DNA of 32,000 nt from Limnohabitans sp. Jir72 (GCF_003063575.1 NZ_NESC01000011.1:1-32000); one strand, 5' to 3'. Positions 1 to 7,638 are shown, counted from the stretch's first letter. The notes: generated by a model not told the origin, from the sequence alone. Program-made: numbers and translations.

Positions 1-324
1 CTTCTCGGCTGAGGTGCTTGTACATCTGGCAACTTGGACTTGGCGGTTTGAGTGACCATGATGCCTTGACATCCTCAGCCACCTATTACCGGGTTCATCT
101 TTGTTGCACCTCGTACTTGAATCCGCCTCATCTTTAGACCATTTTTCTGTAAAGTTAGTGTGAATTTCAAGTATTGCGGAGATTTTTTCATTCAATTTTT
201 CATTTGAATCCAAAAAGCTTGGAACATAAAAATCTTGGCAAGGCTGAGCCCAAGCTTTCAATGTTGCAAGGGGCGGCATCACAAAATCTTTGTGAATGAC
301 CAAATAGGCTTGTGGGTATTTCAT
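1..324 (-). CDS. hypothetical protein, N-terminal part (runs off the left edge)
   Basis: Hand translation: ATG at 324-322 (MKYPQAYLVIHKDFVMPPLATLKAW...) stays open to base 1. Absent from the ORF track because there is no stop in the window. No recognisable motif. Confidence 0.35.
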   Translation of the reverse strand, partial: MKYPQAYLVIHKDFVMPPLATLKAWAQPCQDFYVPSFLDSNEKLNEKISAILEIHTNFTEKWSKDEADSSTRCNKDEPGNRWLRMSRHHGHSNRQVQVARCTSTSAEK

Positions 325-390
325 GATTTTTAAAATGAGTTGTCATGCAGCAACTTAAAAAAATGTAGTTGCTTGCAGGAGTGGATTAGG

Positions 391-463
391 AGCCCTACAG
401 CCGGTGGTAATGTGGACCGGATAGCCTCAAGCCCAGATGGATCTTTGGCTTGGCTGTAGGGCT
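391..463. repeat. Long hairpin: 12-bp inverted repeat AGCCCTACAGCC / GGCTGTAGGGCT around a ~48-nt loop
   Basis: Arms at 391-402 and 452-463 are exact reverse complements. It lies between two minus-strand ORFs. The arm sequence recurs at 4539-4611. Confidence 0.6.
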
Positions 464-485
464 GGATTGAGGGTGCCGATCAGAT

Positions 486-815
486 TTACAAGTTAACCAT
501 CACCTCATGGCTTGGATAACCTACCTCATAATATTTAACCACAACGTTATAGGTATAACTTTGAAAATCGAAGTTATAAAAAACTTGCCAATAAATATTG
601 GCACCGTCCTCGATACGACAAATCTCAATAATTTCACAACCAGGAATATTGATCATCCAACTTTTAATGAAGTGATCATGAAAGGCATGCATTCCGTAAA
701 GGGCCTCCTGTTTATGGTATCGATGTTCCTTTCCATTTTCTTCATAAAAATCGTGAATAGCAACATCAATGCTCTTCATGATGGCACCATTGGTAATTGA
801 GAAATTTTTATTCAT
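486..815 (-). CDS. hypothetical protein (109 aa)
   Basis: ORF track entry with ATG start in a low-GC region, co-oriented with the AAA+ operon. No motif recognised. The antisense 97-aa ORF is judged spurious. Confidence 0.5.
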   Translation of the reverse strand: MNKNFSITNGAIMKSIDVAIHDFYEENGKEHRYHKQEALYGMHAFHDHFIKSWMINIPGCEIIEICRIEDGANIYWQVFYNFDFQSYTYNVVVKYYEVGYPSHEVMVNL

Positions 816-920
816 AAGTTTTCCGTGTTTGAAGAAAGATGCCCTGACGCTTTGATGTTCAAGGCATCTTCTTGGTTGTCAGATGTCTAAAAGTTCGTAA
901 ATGATGTGTTTTAGGCAGCT

Positions 921-937
921 TGTCGTTTTAAACGACA
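921..937. repeat. Island palindrome copy 1: TGTCGTTT-T-AAACGACA (perfect 8-1-8)
   Basis: Read directly from the sequence. It overlaps the stop codon of the AAA+ gene and lies ~106 bp upstream of the 486..815 ORF start. Its flank GTTTTAGGCAGCT resembles the flank of copy 3 in inverted orientation. Confidence 0.8.
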
Positions 938-1620
938 GTTGTGGATGGCAAGTTCGAAGCGTTGCCATTGCACTGAATCGTGATGATCAGTGTTGTGAGT
1001 GCATCAACGATTTGACGAGCCGAACCGTTGCACGGATCAATCACTTTGATCAATGCTTGGTCAGAAATCGTGGTGATCCCCGCATCGGCCAACATCCGGT
1101 GCGCCAGCGGCAACCATTTCTGGCTTGTGGCAGCAAGGAACGGAATGCAGTGGCAACGATCTTGAACGGCCTGATCAATTTTGTTCAAGTGGTTAGTGGT
1201 CATGACGAAGATGGAATGCCGTGTGTTCATCACCGACTTGAGAATGGCCATTGCTTGCCCGGTCAGCTCATCAACTTCATCGAGCACAAAGTAGTGATGG
1301 GAAGCTGAGGGAATGGTCTGAGCTTGAGATTGAATGTTCGCAAGAATTGACATGCCGTTAGCACCCGGCGACACTGGGAAATAGACATAATCAGACAGAT
1401 ACCCCGTGCTCACCACTTCCATCGCATCGGGCAGCATCTTCGCCAAAGCGCTTTTGCCTGTTCCTGGAGGGCCATACAACAAGATGCCTGTTTTGCCTGC
1501 ATTAGGAAATGGACGAGTGCCGCTCACAATGTCCATCACCAGACTTTGACTTTTTGGGCTGGCGAATACGATGTCGTTGATAGTCTGTGGATCGTAATTT
1601 TTAAAGGTATGAGTTTTCAT
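928..1620 (-). CDS. AAA+ ATPase, clamp-loader (RFC/gp44/DnaX)-like module, 230 aa
   Basis: Motifs: Walker A GPPGTGKS, Walker B FVLDEVDEL, sensor-1 VMTTN, and DRCHCIPF, which resembles the clamp-loader SRC motif. There is no C-terminal collar domain. Confidence 0.8.
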   Translation of the reverse strand: MKTHTFKNYDPQTINDIVFASPKSQSLVMDIVSGTRPFPNAGKTGILLYGPPGTGKSALAKMLPDAMEVVSTGYLSDYVYFPVSPGANGMSILANIQSQAQTIPSASHHYFVLDEVDELTGQAMAILKSVMNTRHSIFVMTTNHLNKIDQAVQDRCHCIPFLAATSQKWLPLAHRMLADAGITTISDQALIKVIDPCNGSARQIVDALTTLIITIQCNGNASNLPSTTVV

Positions 1621-1671
1621 GTGACTTTCCTTGGAGCAGACGAGACAGTGTCTCGCCTGATTGATTGATGG

Positions 1672-2544
1672 TTAGGCCTGTGCCGCAGCCAGTTCAATGG
1701 CCGCTTGCTTTTGGTCTTCTTTGGATTGGATGGCGGCGGTTTGTTCCGCTTCTTCCAACTCCTTCTTGTTATCGGTGTAATAGGCTGCGTAAGCGGCATT
1801 CACAGCACTGTCGTTTTTCACGACAACGTGGACATCGAATTCGCCGGTAGGGCGATAGGTGGCAATCAGAACCATCGGTTTGTCGTTGTCGTTGGTGTCG
1901 AGCTGCATGACTGCTTCATCCACAGCAAAGCTCATCAGCTTTTTGGTGCGGACAACGGTCTCGACCTTTTCTGCACGAGCTTTGGGCGTCATCCCTTTAT
2001 TCTTGGAGCCAAGGCGAACTTCTTCCACGCCACCCTGATCTTCCAGCCAAGTGCTCAATTGGGATTCGGGCACACGAGTTGGTTTGTTCTTGGCGTCAGG
2101 CTGAACACCAACCAAAGCTGCACGCAGTGCCGTGCTGTAAGCGCTGACACGACGACGATCAACACCACCAAAAACAGCTTTGACAACACGATTCATATCG
2201 TGTGTTGATGCCTTGAATGTGTAGCTGCGTGCTGCGATGAATGCATTGAGCCCCTTACGGCTTTGCTCACGCACTTCAGAGCTCGTGTCGGTCTTCATAC
2301 GGAGGTAGAACGCATAGCACTTGGTCAGCATTTCATACAAGCGCTTGTGGCTTGCTGCCAACTCGGTGATTTCCCATTTTTCACGCTCGGCTTCCAAGTT
2401 TTCCAGCAGAAAGTAGACCTGCTCGATCGGCTTGATGGTTGCTGCAATGACTGCAGAAATTGCAGCGCTTGGGGCTTGAGGTGATTGCTGGGAAGCAATA
2501 TCCGAAATTTCGGATGTGGTGGATGGGGCTTCAGTAATGTTCAT
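1672..2544 (-). CDS. hypothetical protein (290 aa), first gene of the AAA+ operon
   Basis: The track ORF is 1672..2589. I prefer the ATG at 2544 (MNITEAP...) because GAGGAA sits 7 nt upstream. Ser/Thr/Gln-rich N-terminus, then a coiled-coil-like segment. No family recognised. Confidence 0.6.
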   Translation of the reverse strand: MNITEAPSTTSEISDIASQQSPQAPSAAISAVIAATIKPIEQVYFLLENLEAEREKWEITELAASHKRLYEMLTKCYAFYLRMKTDTSSEVREQSRKGLNAFIAARSYTFKASTHDMNRVVKAVFGGVDRRRVSAYSTALRAALVGVQPDAKNKPTRVPESQLSTWLEDQGGVEEVRLGSKNKGMTPKARAEKVETVVRTKKLMSFAVDEAVMQLDTNDNDKPMVLIATYRPTGEFDVHVVVKNDSAVNAAYAAYYTDNKKELEEAEQTAAIQSKEDQKQAAIELAAAQA

Positions 2545-2685
2545 GGTGATTCCTCGGTTGTGAACAGTGACTGCGATTGCGGGATGCAAGCACTTGTTTA
2601 AGTCACAACTTGACTGTTACATGCCAAACTTTTAAGGTCGATTAGCAGACATAGGAACTCCCTTAAGTGTTAATATTTATTTGAA

Positions 2686-3657
2686 ATGATCGACTCATCT
2701 AAGCTACCCGGCAGAAAGTCCAAGGAATGGACTACCAAAAGCATCAAGGCCTATGTCATGCTGATGATGTTGTTTCTGCGAGCAAGTCCCAGCTATGCGT
2801 TGGCACATGCATTTGCCACCAAAAAAACAAGCTCAGCTCAGCAATCGCAATTGATTGCACGGCTGTATCAAGGCGAAAAGCAACCCGAATTGCAGGGCAC
2901 AGATTTGGAAGAAGTGTTGGCTGACTTTGCTCGGGTCAGGAAGACGTATGAAGAGTTCGGCGATATCTACACCGTTGATTTCGAAGAATGGTGGGACACA
3001 CGTGCCTTGAAGATTTATGGCTTCGAGGGTCTGCGTCCGAAGGTGCGGAAAATTGCATTTCTCACCGAAGGCAATCAAGTGAGTGATGACGACAAGAAGG
3101 CTTTGCGTAAATATCTGCATGTCACCAGACCAGCAGAAGCAACGCCGCCTGCACTTTTGCTTTCAGTGCCATTAGGTATCAGCAAGGACGAATTGCTGGA
3201 CCAAGTCTCAAAGTTGATTGATGCAGAAAAAGTTCCGGTGAAGCGCAAAGCTCACATGGCCAAACGCCCCTTCACGGCCAAGCGGCTTCGATCAGAGCCC
3301 TTGTTTTTGGGATTGAAGCTGCTGTGGGCGAAAGCAAAATTTCCCAAGATGCCATTGTGGAAACTGGGCGCACTGCTCAATGTCAGTCCCCGCAATCATT
3401 TGGGAAAAGATCCCTTAGATGTAAAACGGACGAGTGACAACTTGGAACTGCGCAATCACCTGGCGATCTTGACGCACAGGATGCTGAAAAAAGCTCAAAC
3501 GATTGCGGAGAACGCAGCAAGAGGCGATTACCCCAGCAATAACAAGTGCCGACTTCCCAAGTTCGAGCCCAAGCATGTGAGTAACCGCATCAATAAATCA
3601 AAGCGCATCATCAGAAGCGCAGCAGCGGCAGATGTGTCAGATGAGTTATCGCTGTAA
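2686..3657 (+). CDS. hypothetical protein (323 aa), possible C-terminal HTH-like segment
   Basis: Long ORF in the low-GC island, divergent from the AAA+ operon. No SD before the ATG. A TAATAT box at 2671-2676 would make the mRNA nearly leaderless. The segment PLWKLGALLNVSPRN looks HTH-like, which is a weak call. Confidence 0.55.
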   Translation: MIDSSKLPGRKSKEWTTKSIKAYVMLMMLFLRASPSYALAHAFATKKTSSAQQSQLIARLYQGEKQPELQGTDLEEVLADFARVRKTYEEFGDIYTVDFEEWWDTRALKIYGFEGLRPKVRKIAFLTEGNQVSDDDKKALRKYLHVTRPAEATPPALLLSVPLGISKDELLDQVSKLIDAEKVPVKRKAHMAKRPFTAKRLRSEPLFLGLKLLWAKAKFPKMPLWKLGALLNVSPRNHLGKDPLDVKRTSDNLELRNHLAILTHRMLKKAQTIAENAARGDYPSNNKCRLPKFEPKHVSNRINKSKRIIRSAAAADVSDELSL

Positions 3658-3736
3658 CGTGAATCAGTTGCTCAAGCCAACTCAACAGCCTGACGCTTCA
3701 TATCGTCATTGATGAGAACAGAGCGTTGGGGTGTGG

Positions 3737-4309
3737 CTATGCCAACTCCGCAGCACGTCGAAGCATGTCGTCGGATGCATCAATGTAGACAGCGGTGACG
3801 GCAGGGTGTTTATGACCCATCAAGCGCATCAACACACGAAGCCCCACACCTGATCCTGCAATTTTTGTGGCGTATGACCGGCGACCCGAATGGCTGGAGC
3901 ATCCATCCAGTTCAGCCCCTCGATACAAGTTGATGAAATGCTGCGCAAGTGAGTTAGCGCCAAATCCTTCTCGGGGATTCTTTTGCGATGGAAAAAGGGC
4001 ACGCTGCCGGTCATCTGTGCGCATCGTTTGCAAGTATGCAGACCACTCTTCACGCAAGCGCTGATTGATGAAAACTGTTCGGGCGTGCTTGCCTTTTGTT
4101 TGCTCAGCAGTCAATCTAATCTCGCTGCGCACTGTTCCGTTTGGTGCAAGCACATGACCAACAGTCAGTGCAGCGATTTCGCCAACCCGCATTCCTGATA
4201 AATGGCTTGTAAGGATCAAGCAGCGATCACGTGCCGCGTGCTTGCGTGTCTTTGTGTGCTCTAGCACTTGCTCAATTCCTTGCTCGTTCAGTGTGCGTGC
4301 TTGTGCCAT
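3737..4309 (-). CDS. tyrosine recombinase, catalytic domain only (190 aa)
   Basis: Complete catalytic set: Arg-I in SGMRVGE, Lys in TKGKHARTV, HSGRR (H-x-x-R), and GHKHPAVTAVY (His plus Tyr nucleophile). No N-terminal core-binding domain. Size is in the FimB/FimE class. Confidence 0.85.
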   Translation of the reverse strand: MAQARTLNEQGIEQVLEHTKTRKHAARDRCLILTSHLSGMRVGEIAALTVGHVLAPNGTVRSEIRLTAEQTKGKHARTVFINQRLREEWSAYLQTMRTDDRQRALFPSQKNPREGFGANSLAQHFINLYRGAELDGCSSHSGRRSYATKIAGSGVGLRVLMRLMGHKHPAVTAVYIDASDDMLRRAAELA

Positions 4310-4538
4310 TTTTGTTCCTGCTTAAATCACATTTTTTATGTTAAATGAGCATAAATTCACACATTCCTGATGAGCAACCAGAGCAGTGGTGTCATGCCAA
4401 AGTGGCGGGCTATTGGCGTGATCACTTGAAGATCAATGACTTAGCGCGGGAATCCAACAATTCAGCAATTTTGTTAGATTTGGATTGCAGCTGAAATGTG
4501 TGGCAAGTGCGCCACGAAACTGGCGTGACTGCACAGCA

Positions 4539-4616
4539 AGCCCTACAAGCTGCGATCAAGCCTGTCAGCAGTCCGAGCCAGCCAAGTCCGAAAATAATGC
4601 GCTGTAGGGCTTTTTT
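4539..4616 (+). repeat. Hairpin AGCCCTACA ... TGTAGGGCT followed by a T-run (terminator-like or small-RNA-like)
   Basis: Arms at 4539-4547 and 4603-4611 with a ~55-nt loop, then TTTTTT at 4611-4616. The arms match the 391-463 hairpin. Confidence 0.5.
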
Positions 4617-4634
4617 GAGTGCCTGCACCCTGCA

Positions 4635-4651
4635 TGTCGTTTTAAGCGTCA
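4635..4651. repeat. Island palindrome copy (1 mismatch to copy at 7330-7346): TGTCGTTTTAAGCGTCA
   Basis: Read directly from the sequence, in the 727-bp non-coding gap between the short recombinase and the P-loop gene. Confidence 0.6.
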
Positions 4652-4825
4652 ACGCAAGTGTCGATTAAATTTACGCTTGGCATTCGGGTCCTTTCTTGAA
4701 GAAATGATGCTTCGTGCTATGCAGCCCAAATCTTCATAGCTGCACCTAAAAATCTGCGCTGCAATTTTTGCGGGATGTGGAGATCTCGGCCCCTGGTGAT
4801 TGCAGCACACACCCCCACCGTGCAT

Positions 4826-4842
4826 TGACGTTTTTCACGACA
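4826..4842. repeat. Degenerate island palindrome-like site TGACGTTTTTCACGACA (14/17)
   Basis: Hand alignment to TGTCGTTTTAAACGACA. It lies 195 bp upstream of the 5037 start. The match is weak. Confidence 0.3.
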
Positions 4843-4936
4843 TCCGATGTGCAGCCAGTCTTGCACAACGCTGTTTCTTCTTTCAACTAAATACACATGC
4901 ATTGAGCTGCTGGCTTGATGTTATTCACCGCTGTCC

Positions 4937-4964
4937 GAATACGGGATTTGCAAGTCCCGTATTC
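4937..4964. other. Perfect 10-bp stem-loop GAATACGGGA-tttgcaag-TCCCGTATTC
   Basis: Read directly from the sequence, ~75 bp upstream of the P-loop gene. No T-run follows. Confidence 0.6.
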
Positions 4965-4986
4965 ACCTAAGTGGCCGTGGTGAGTA

Positions 4987-5003
4987 GGGCCGATGGTCGG
5001 CCC
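4987..5003. other. GC-rich stem-loop GGGCCGA-tgg-TCGGCCC
   Basis: Read directly from the sequence, 34 bp upstream of ATG 5037. Confidence 0.55.
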
Positions 5004-5036
5004 ATGTGGAATGAATAACAACAAGAAAGAAGAACA

Positions 5037-6521
5037 ATGAAAAGAACACCCATCACCGTGGACGCCCGTGGCGCGGGGCAAGGCAAGACACGCAACGGCA
5101 TCTATCCCATGCTGGCCAGATTGGCAATGACAAACATGCCCACACTGATCGTGGTGCCCAGCCAATTGCTTCAAGAGCAATACTGCACCGACAACCCCAC
5201 ACTCAAGATCAGGAAGATCAACAGCTCTCATGATTCTGGCTCAGGCCTCAATGTATCGGCTGAAATCCTCAACGCCTTGGCCAATCGAGCGCCCATGGTG
5301 ATCATTACCGAAGAGGCCTTTCGAAGAACCCATATCAGCTGGGACATCAAGTGTGACTACCACTTGATCATTGATGAGGCGATCAATCCATACAGCATTG
5401 AAGAGCTGCGCATTGATCCAAAAATTGCCCTGCAGTTGGACAAGATTTTCAGCGTCGAAGACAAGAGCAAGTCTTGGGATGAATACTTGAACGGTTACAA
5501 ACAATTGATAGAGGAATCTGATGAGTCCGAGGCTGAAAAGCTGGAAATGCATAAGGATTTTCAGCCAAAATCGTGGGCAAGTCTCAAGCGCATTGCGGTG
5601 GAGAGCAGTTCGATTTTTGAGGAGAGCTTGCAGTGGCGTCGATTGATGAATCCCAACACTCGGCTGTGGGTCACTTGGGGGCACTGGCAGAAGATCAAAG
5701 CAGGTGACACGAGGGAGTTGAGCATTGCGGTTGAGCTGAACGACAGTATGTTGAACGGCTGGATTTCCGTGCATATTGCCGCAGCTGCATTTGACAGCAC
5801 TTTCATGAGTATGTGGCTCAAGGCAAACGGCGTGAGCTACACGATCAGTGTGCCGTTCAAGCCCCACAAGCAAGTGCCTATATTTCATGTTCCCGAAGAT
5901 AGTTTCAGCTGGAGCAAATACAGACGCAATGCACAGCCCGATGCATTGCCGGAGTTTTATCGCTATGTGGAAAGCCAGTTGAAGGGTGGTCCTTGTCTCG
6001 TGGTGCGGAATAACGACGAGATCGCGGCCAAGTTGAGCAATGAACAGAAGATCACCCACAATGTTCATGGCATCAACACCTACAGCGACAGCACGGCGGT
6101 GTGTCTCAGCACTGCACTCAAGCCCGGGTGGTCATTCAAGGCCTTTCTGACACAGCAAGCCGAGGCGGCCGGTCTTTGGCCTGAAAAAGTTGATTGCTTC
6201 ATCGCACGAGCATTTGGAAGCTACATGTTCTATCAAATCCTTATGCGCAGTGCCCTGCGTGTTGATGGCAACAGCAAGCCAGTTCATTGCTTTGTGCTCG
6301 ATCACGAGATCGCAATGGGATTGATGGATTTCTTTGACGCAGATGCCCAGATCAAACAGATCAGTCCATTTGCCTTGACCTGTATGAACAAGTTACCCCG
6401 TAAGAAGACCAAGATCGCCATGACCCCAGCAGAAAAGCAAAAGAGATACAGGGAACGCAAGGCCAACTTGGCCAAGATGTCAGCAACATCAAGGGGTGTT
6501 GATTCCCCCGATAAAACATGA
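5037..6521 (+). CDS. P-loop NTPase, SF2-helicase-like N-terminal domain (494 aa); candidate replication/mobilisation protein
   Basis: Motif I-like GAGQGKT (aa 12-18), motif Ia-like TLIVVPSQLLQEQ, and motif II HLIIDEA (aa 109-115). Basic C-terminal tail TPAEKQKRYRERKANL. Purine-rich RBS AAGAAAGAAG. Confidence 0.7.
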   Translation: MKRTPITVDARGAGQGKTRNGIYPMLARLAMTNMPTLIVVPSQLLQEQYCTDNPTLKIRKINSSHDSGSGLNVSAEILNALANRAPMVIITEEAFRRTHISWDIKCDYHLIIDEAINPYSIEELRIDPKIALQLDKIFSVEDKSKSWDEYLNGYKQLIEESDESEAEKLEMHKDFQPKSWASLKRIAVESSSIFEESLQWRRLMNPNTRLWVTWGHWQKIKAGDTRELSIAVELNDSMLNGWISVHIAAAAFDSTFMSMWLKANGVSYTISVPFKPHKQVPIFHVPEDSFSWSKYRRNAQPDALPEFYRYVESQLKGGPCLVVRNNDEIAAKLSNEQKITHNVHGINTYSDSTAVCLSTALKPGWSFKAFLTQQAEAAGLWPEKVDCFIARAFGSYMFYQILMRSALRVDGNSKPVHCFVLDHEIAMGLMDFFDADAQIKQISPFALTCMNKLPRKKTKIAMTPAEKQKRYRERKANLAKMSATSRGVDSPDKT

Positions 6522-6568
6522 CCGTTACTTTTTTCTCTTATATAGCTTTATAGAGATTTTCGTAACGG
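6522..6568. other. AT-rich imperfect hairpin CCGTTAC...GTAACGG directly after the P-loop gene stop
   Basis: 7-bp outer arms at 6522-6528 and 6562-6568 enclose a TATA-rich, partly self-complementary core. No T-run follows. Confidence 0.5.
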
Positions 6569-6588
6569 AATTTGACTTGTGATTTGCA

Positions 6589-6649
6589 GATGGATGTGTG
6601 AGATGTGTGATGTGACAGATCAGATGTATTTGAGATGCGTGTGAGGTGA
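6589..6649. repeat. Iteron-like cluster of GATG(N)GTGA units (GATGTGTGA x2 in tandem plus variants)
   Basis: Units: GATGTGTGA at 6593-6601 and 6602-6610, TGTGA at 6611-6615, GATGTATTTGA at 6623-6633, GATGCGTGTGA at 6634-6644, and GGTGA at 6645-6649. The region is non-coding. Confidence 0.6.
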
Positions 6650-6872
6650 TCTGGTGTTGCGTGAACTGATTGAAGCTCAGTGCTACTGCCACTTATGAAT
6701 GGAATGACTTCGCGAAGCGAGACTCACTAAACAAGACAGAATGGGAAGTAACGCATCCATGTTCTGGTGATCAGAAACCCGCCAACTTGATGGGACACCA
6801 AACAGCCTCGGTTGCTCAATCAACAAGGCCGAAAATAAAGTCGTGGACATCAACAACACACAGGAGTAATTG

Positions 6873-7310
6873 ATGTCCGCACTCACAACACTTAAGCTGA
6901 GCACAGCTAAGAAATCCCAAGCGATGACACCCGCAGTGCATCGCCGTTTGAAGCTGGGCAAGAAAATTTGGGAGCAGATCGAACTTGCCAAAGCCACAAG
7001 CGCTGGGGGCACTTACACAGTGCGCCGCTTCAAGACCATTCGTGATGAAGAGGGCAATAGTCGCAGCGTTGAATTGCCCAAAAAAGTGCGGCAATGGTGG
7101 TGGATCACAGCTGATGGCAAGCTGGCCATGAGCATCCGTTATGGAAGTCGCGTGATTGATTTGGCCAAGGGCAAGTCATCTATCGAAATGGCCACTGTGG
7201 ATGACTTGGTGCCAACGCTTGAGTTGATCAAGAAGGCCGTGGAAGCAGGGGAGTTGGATGGTCAGATCGAAGCTGCAAGCATCAAGCTTCGTGAAGGCTT
7301 TGGCAAGTGA
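6873..7310 (+). CDS. hypothetical protein (145 aa)
   Basis: ATG at 6873 is preceded by AGGAG (6862-6866) at 6-nt spacing. The track ORF starts one codon earlier at a TTG. No family recognised with confidence. Confidence 0.7.
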   Translation: MSALTTLKLSTAKKSQAMTPAVHRRLKLGKKIWEQIELAKATSAGGTYTVRRFKTIRDEEGNSRSVELPKKVRQWWWITADGKLAMSIRYGSRVIDLAKGKSSIEMATVDDLVPTLELIKKAVEAGELDGQIEAASIKLREGFGK

Positions 7311-7319
7311 TGGCCAGAT

Positions 7320-7356
7320 GCACTGTAGTTGTCGTTTTAAACGTCAGTTGCAGTGC
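7320..7356. repeat. 37-bp imperfect palindrome containing island palindrome copy 2 (TGTCGTTTTAAACGTCA, 7330-7346)
   Basis: GCACTG...CAGTGC outer arms plus the central motif. It starts 10 nt after the stop of the 145-aa gene and lies 27 nt before ORF 7373. Confidence 0.75.
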
Positions 7357-7372
7357 CCTGCATAAATACTTG

Positions 7373-7582
7373 ATGCGATTTTATGAATTCAGTCACATCA
7401 AACCGATCAAGCCCTTGAGTCCACCTGAGGCCCGCCTGCACAAGCTGAAACGAACGGCTGAGCTGGCCAAGTCTGCAGTCAAGACCGAAAAAGACTCCCA
7501 GAAGCGTCAGAAAGCTTTGGTCAAACAGCGCAAGCAGCAGGGCAAGGGGCGACCGACCAACAATCCCAATCAAACCTTGTGA
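7373..7582 (+). CDS. small, very basic hypothetical protein (69 aa)
   Basis: Internal ATG of track ORF 7307..7582. Lys/Arg/Gln-rich C-terminus and no clear SD. Its position upstream of the integrase would suit an Xis/regulator, but no such motif was recognised. Confidence 0.3.
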   Translation: MRFYEFSHIKPIKPLSPPEARLHKLKRTAELAKSAVKTEKDSQKRQKALVKQRKQQGKGRPTNNPNQTL

Positions 7583-7599
7583 TTCGGGAAAACCGCATC

Positions 7600-7638
7600 A
7601 AAACCTTGGTTTCTTAAAGAAAGAACTGGTGGTTTTTT
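7600..7638 (+). terminator. Possible intrinsic terminator (imperfect stem, then GGTTTTTTG)
   Basis: AAAACC...GGTTTT outer pairing, a TTTCTT/AAGAAA inner stem, and a T-run at 7633-7638. Confidence 0.35.

Noticed and set aside
4422-4652. 76-aa ORF with one hydrophobic helix (IIFGLGWLGLLTGLIAA) in the non-coding gap; considered as a small membrane toxin or holin
   Set aside because: It depends on a TTG start that lies inside palindrome copy 4, and it has no SD. Its hydrophobic stretch is encoded by the loop and arms of the 4539-4611 hairpin. The region is more economically explained as structured non-coding DNA. A real small protein is not excluded.
5241-6068. 275-aa minus-strand ORF inside the helicase-like gene
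   Set aside because: It is fully embedded antisense to an ORF that has Walker A, motif Ia and DEA motifs. It has no motif, RBS or plausible operon context of its own.
6670-6873. 67-aa plus-strand ORF between the iteron-like repeats and the 145-aa gene; also minus-strand ORFs 6683..7012 and 6816..7094
   Set aside because: TTG start with no SD, low-complexity composition, mutually overlapping frames. The well-supported AGGAG-ATG gene begins at 6873.
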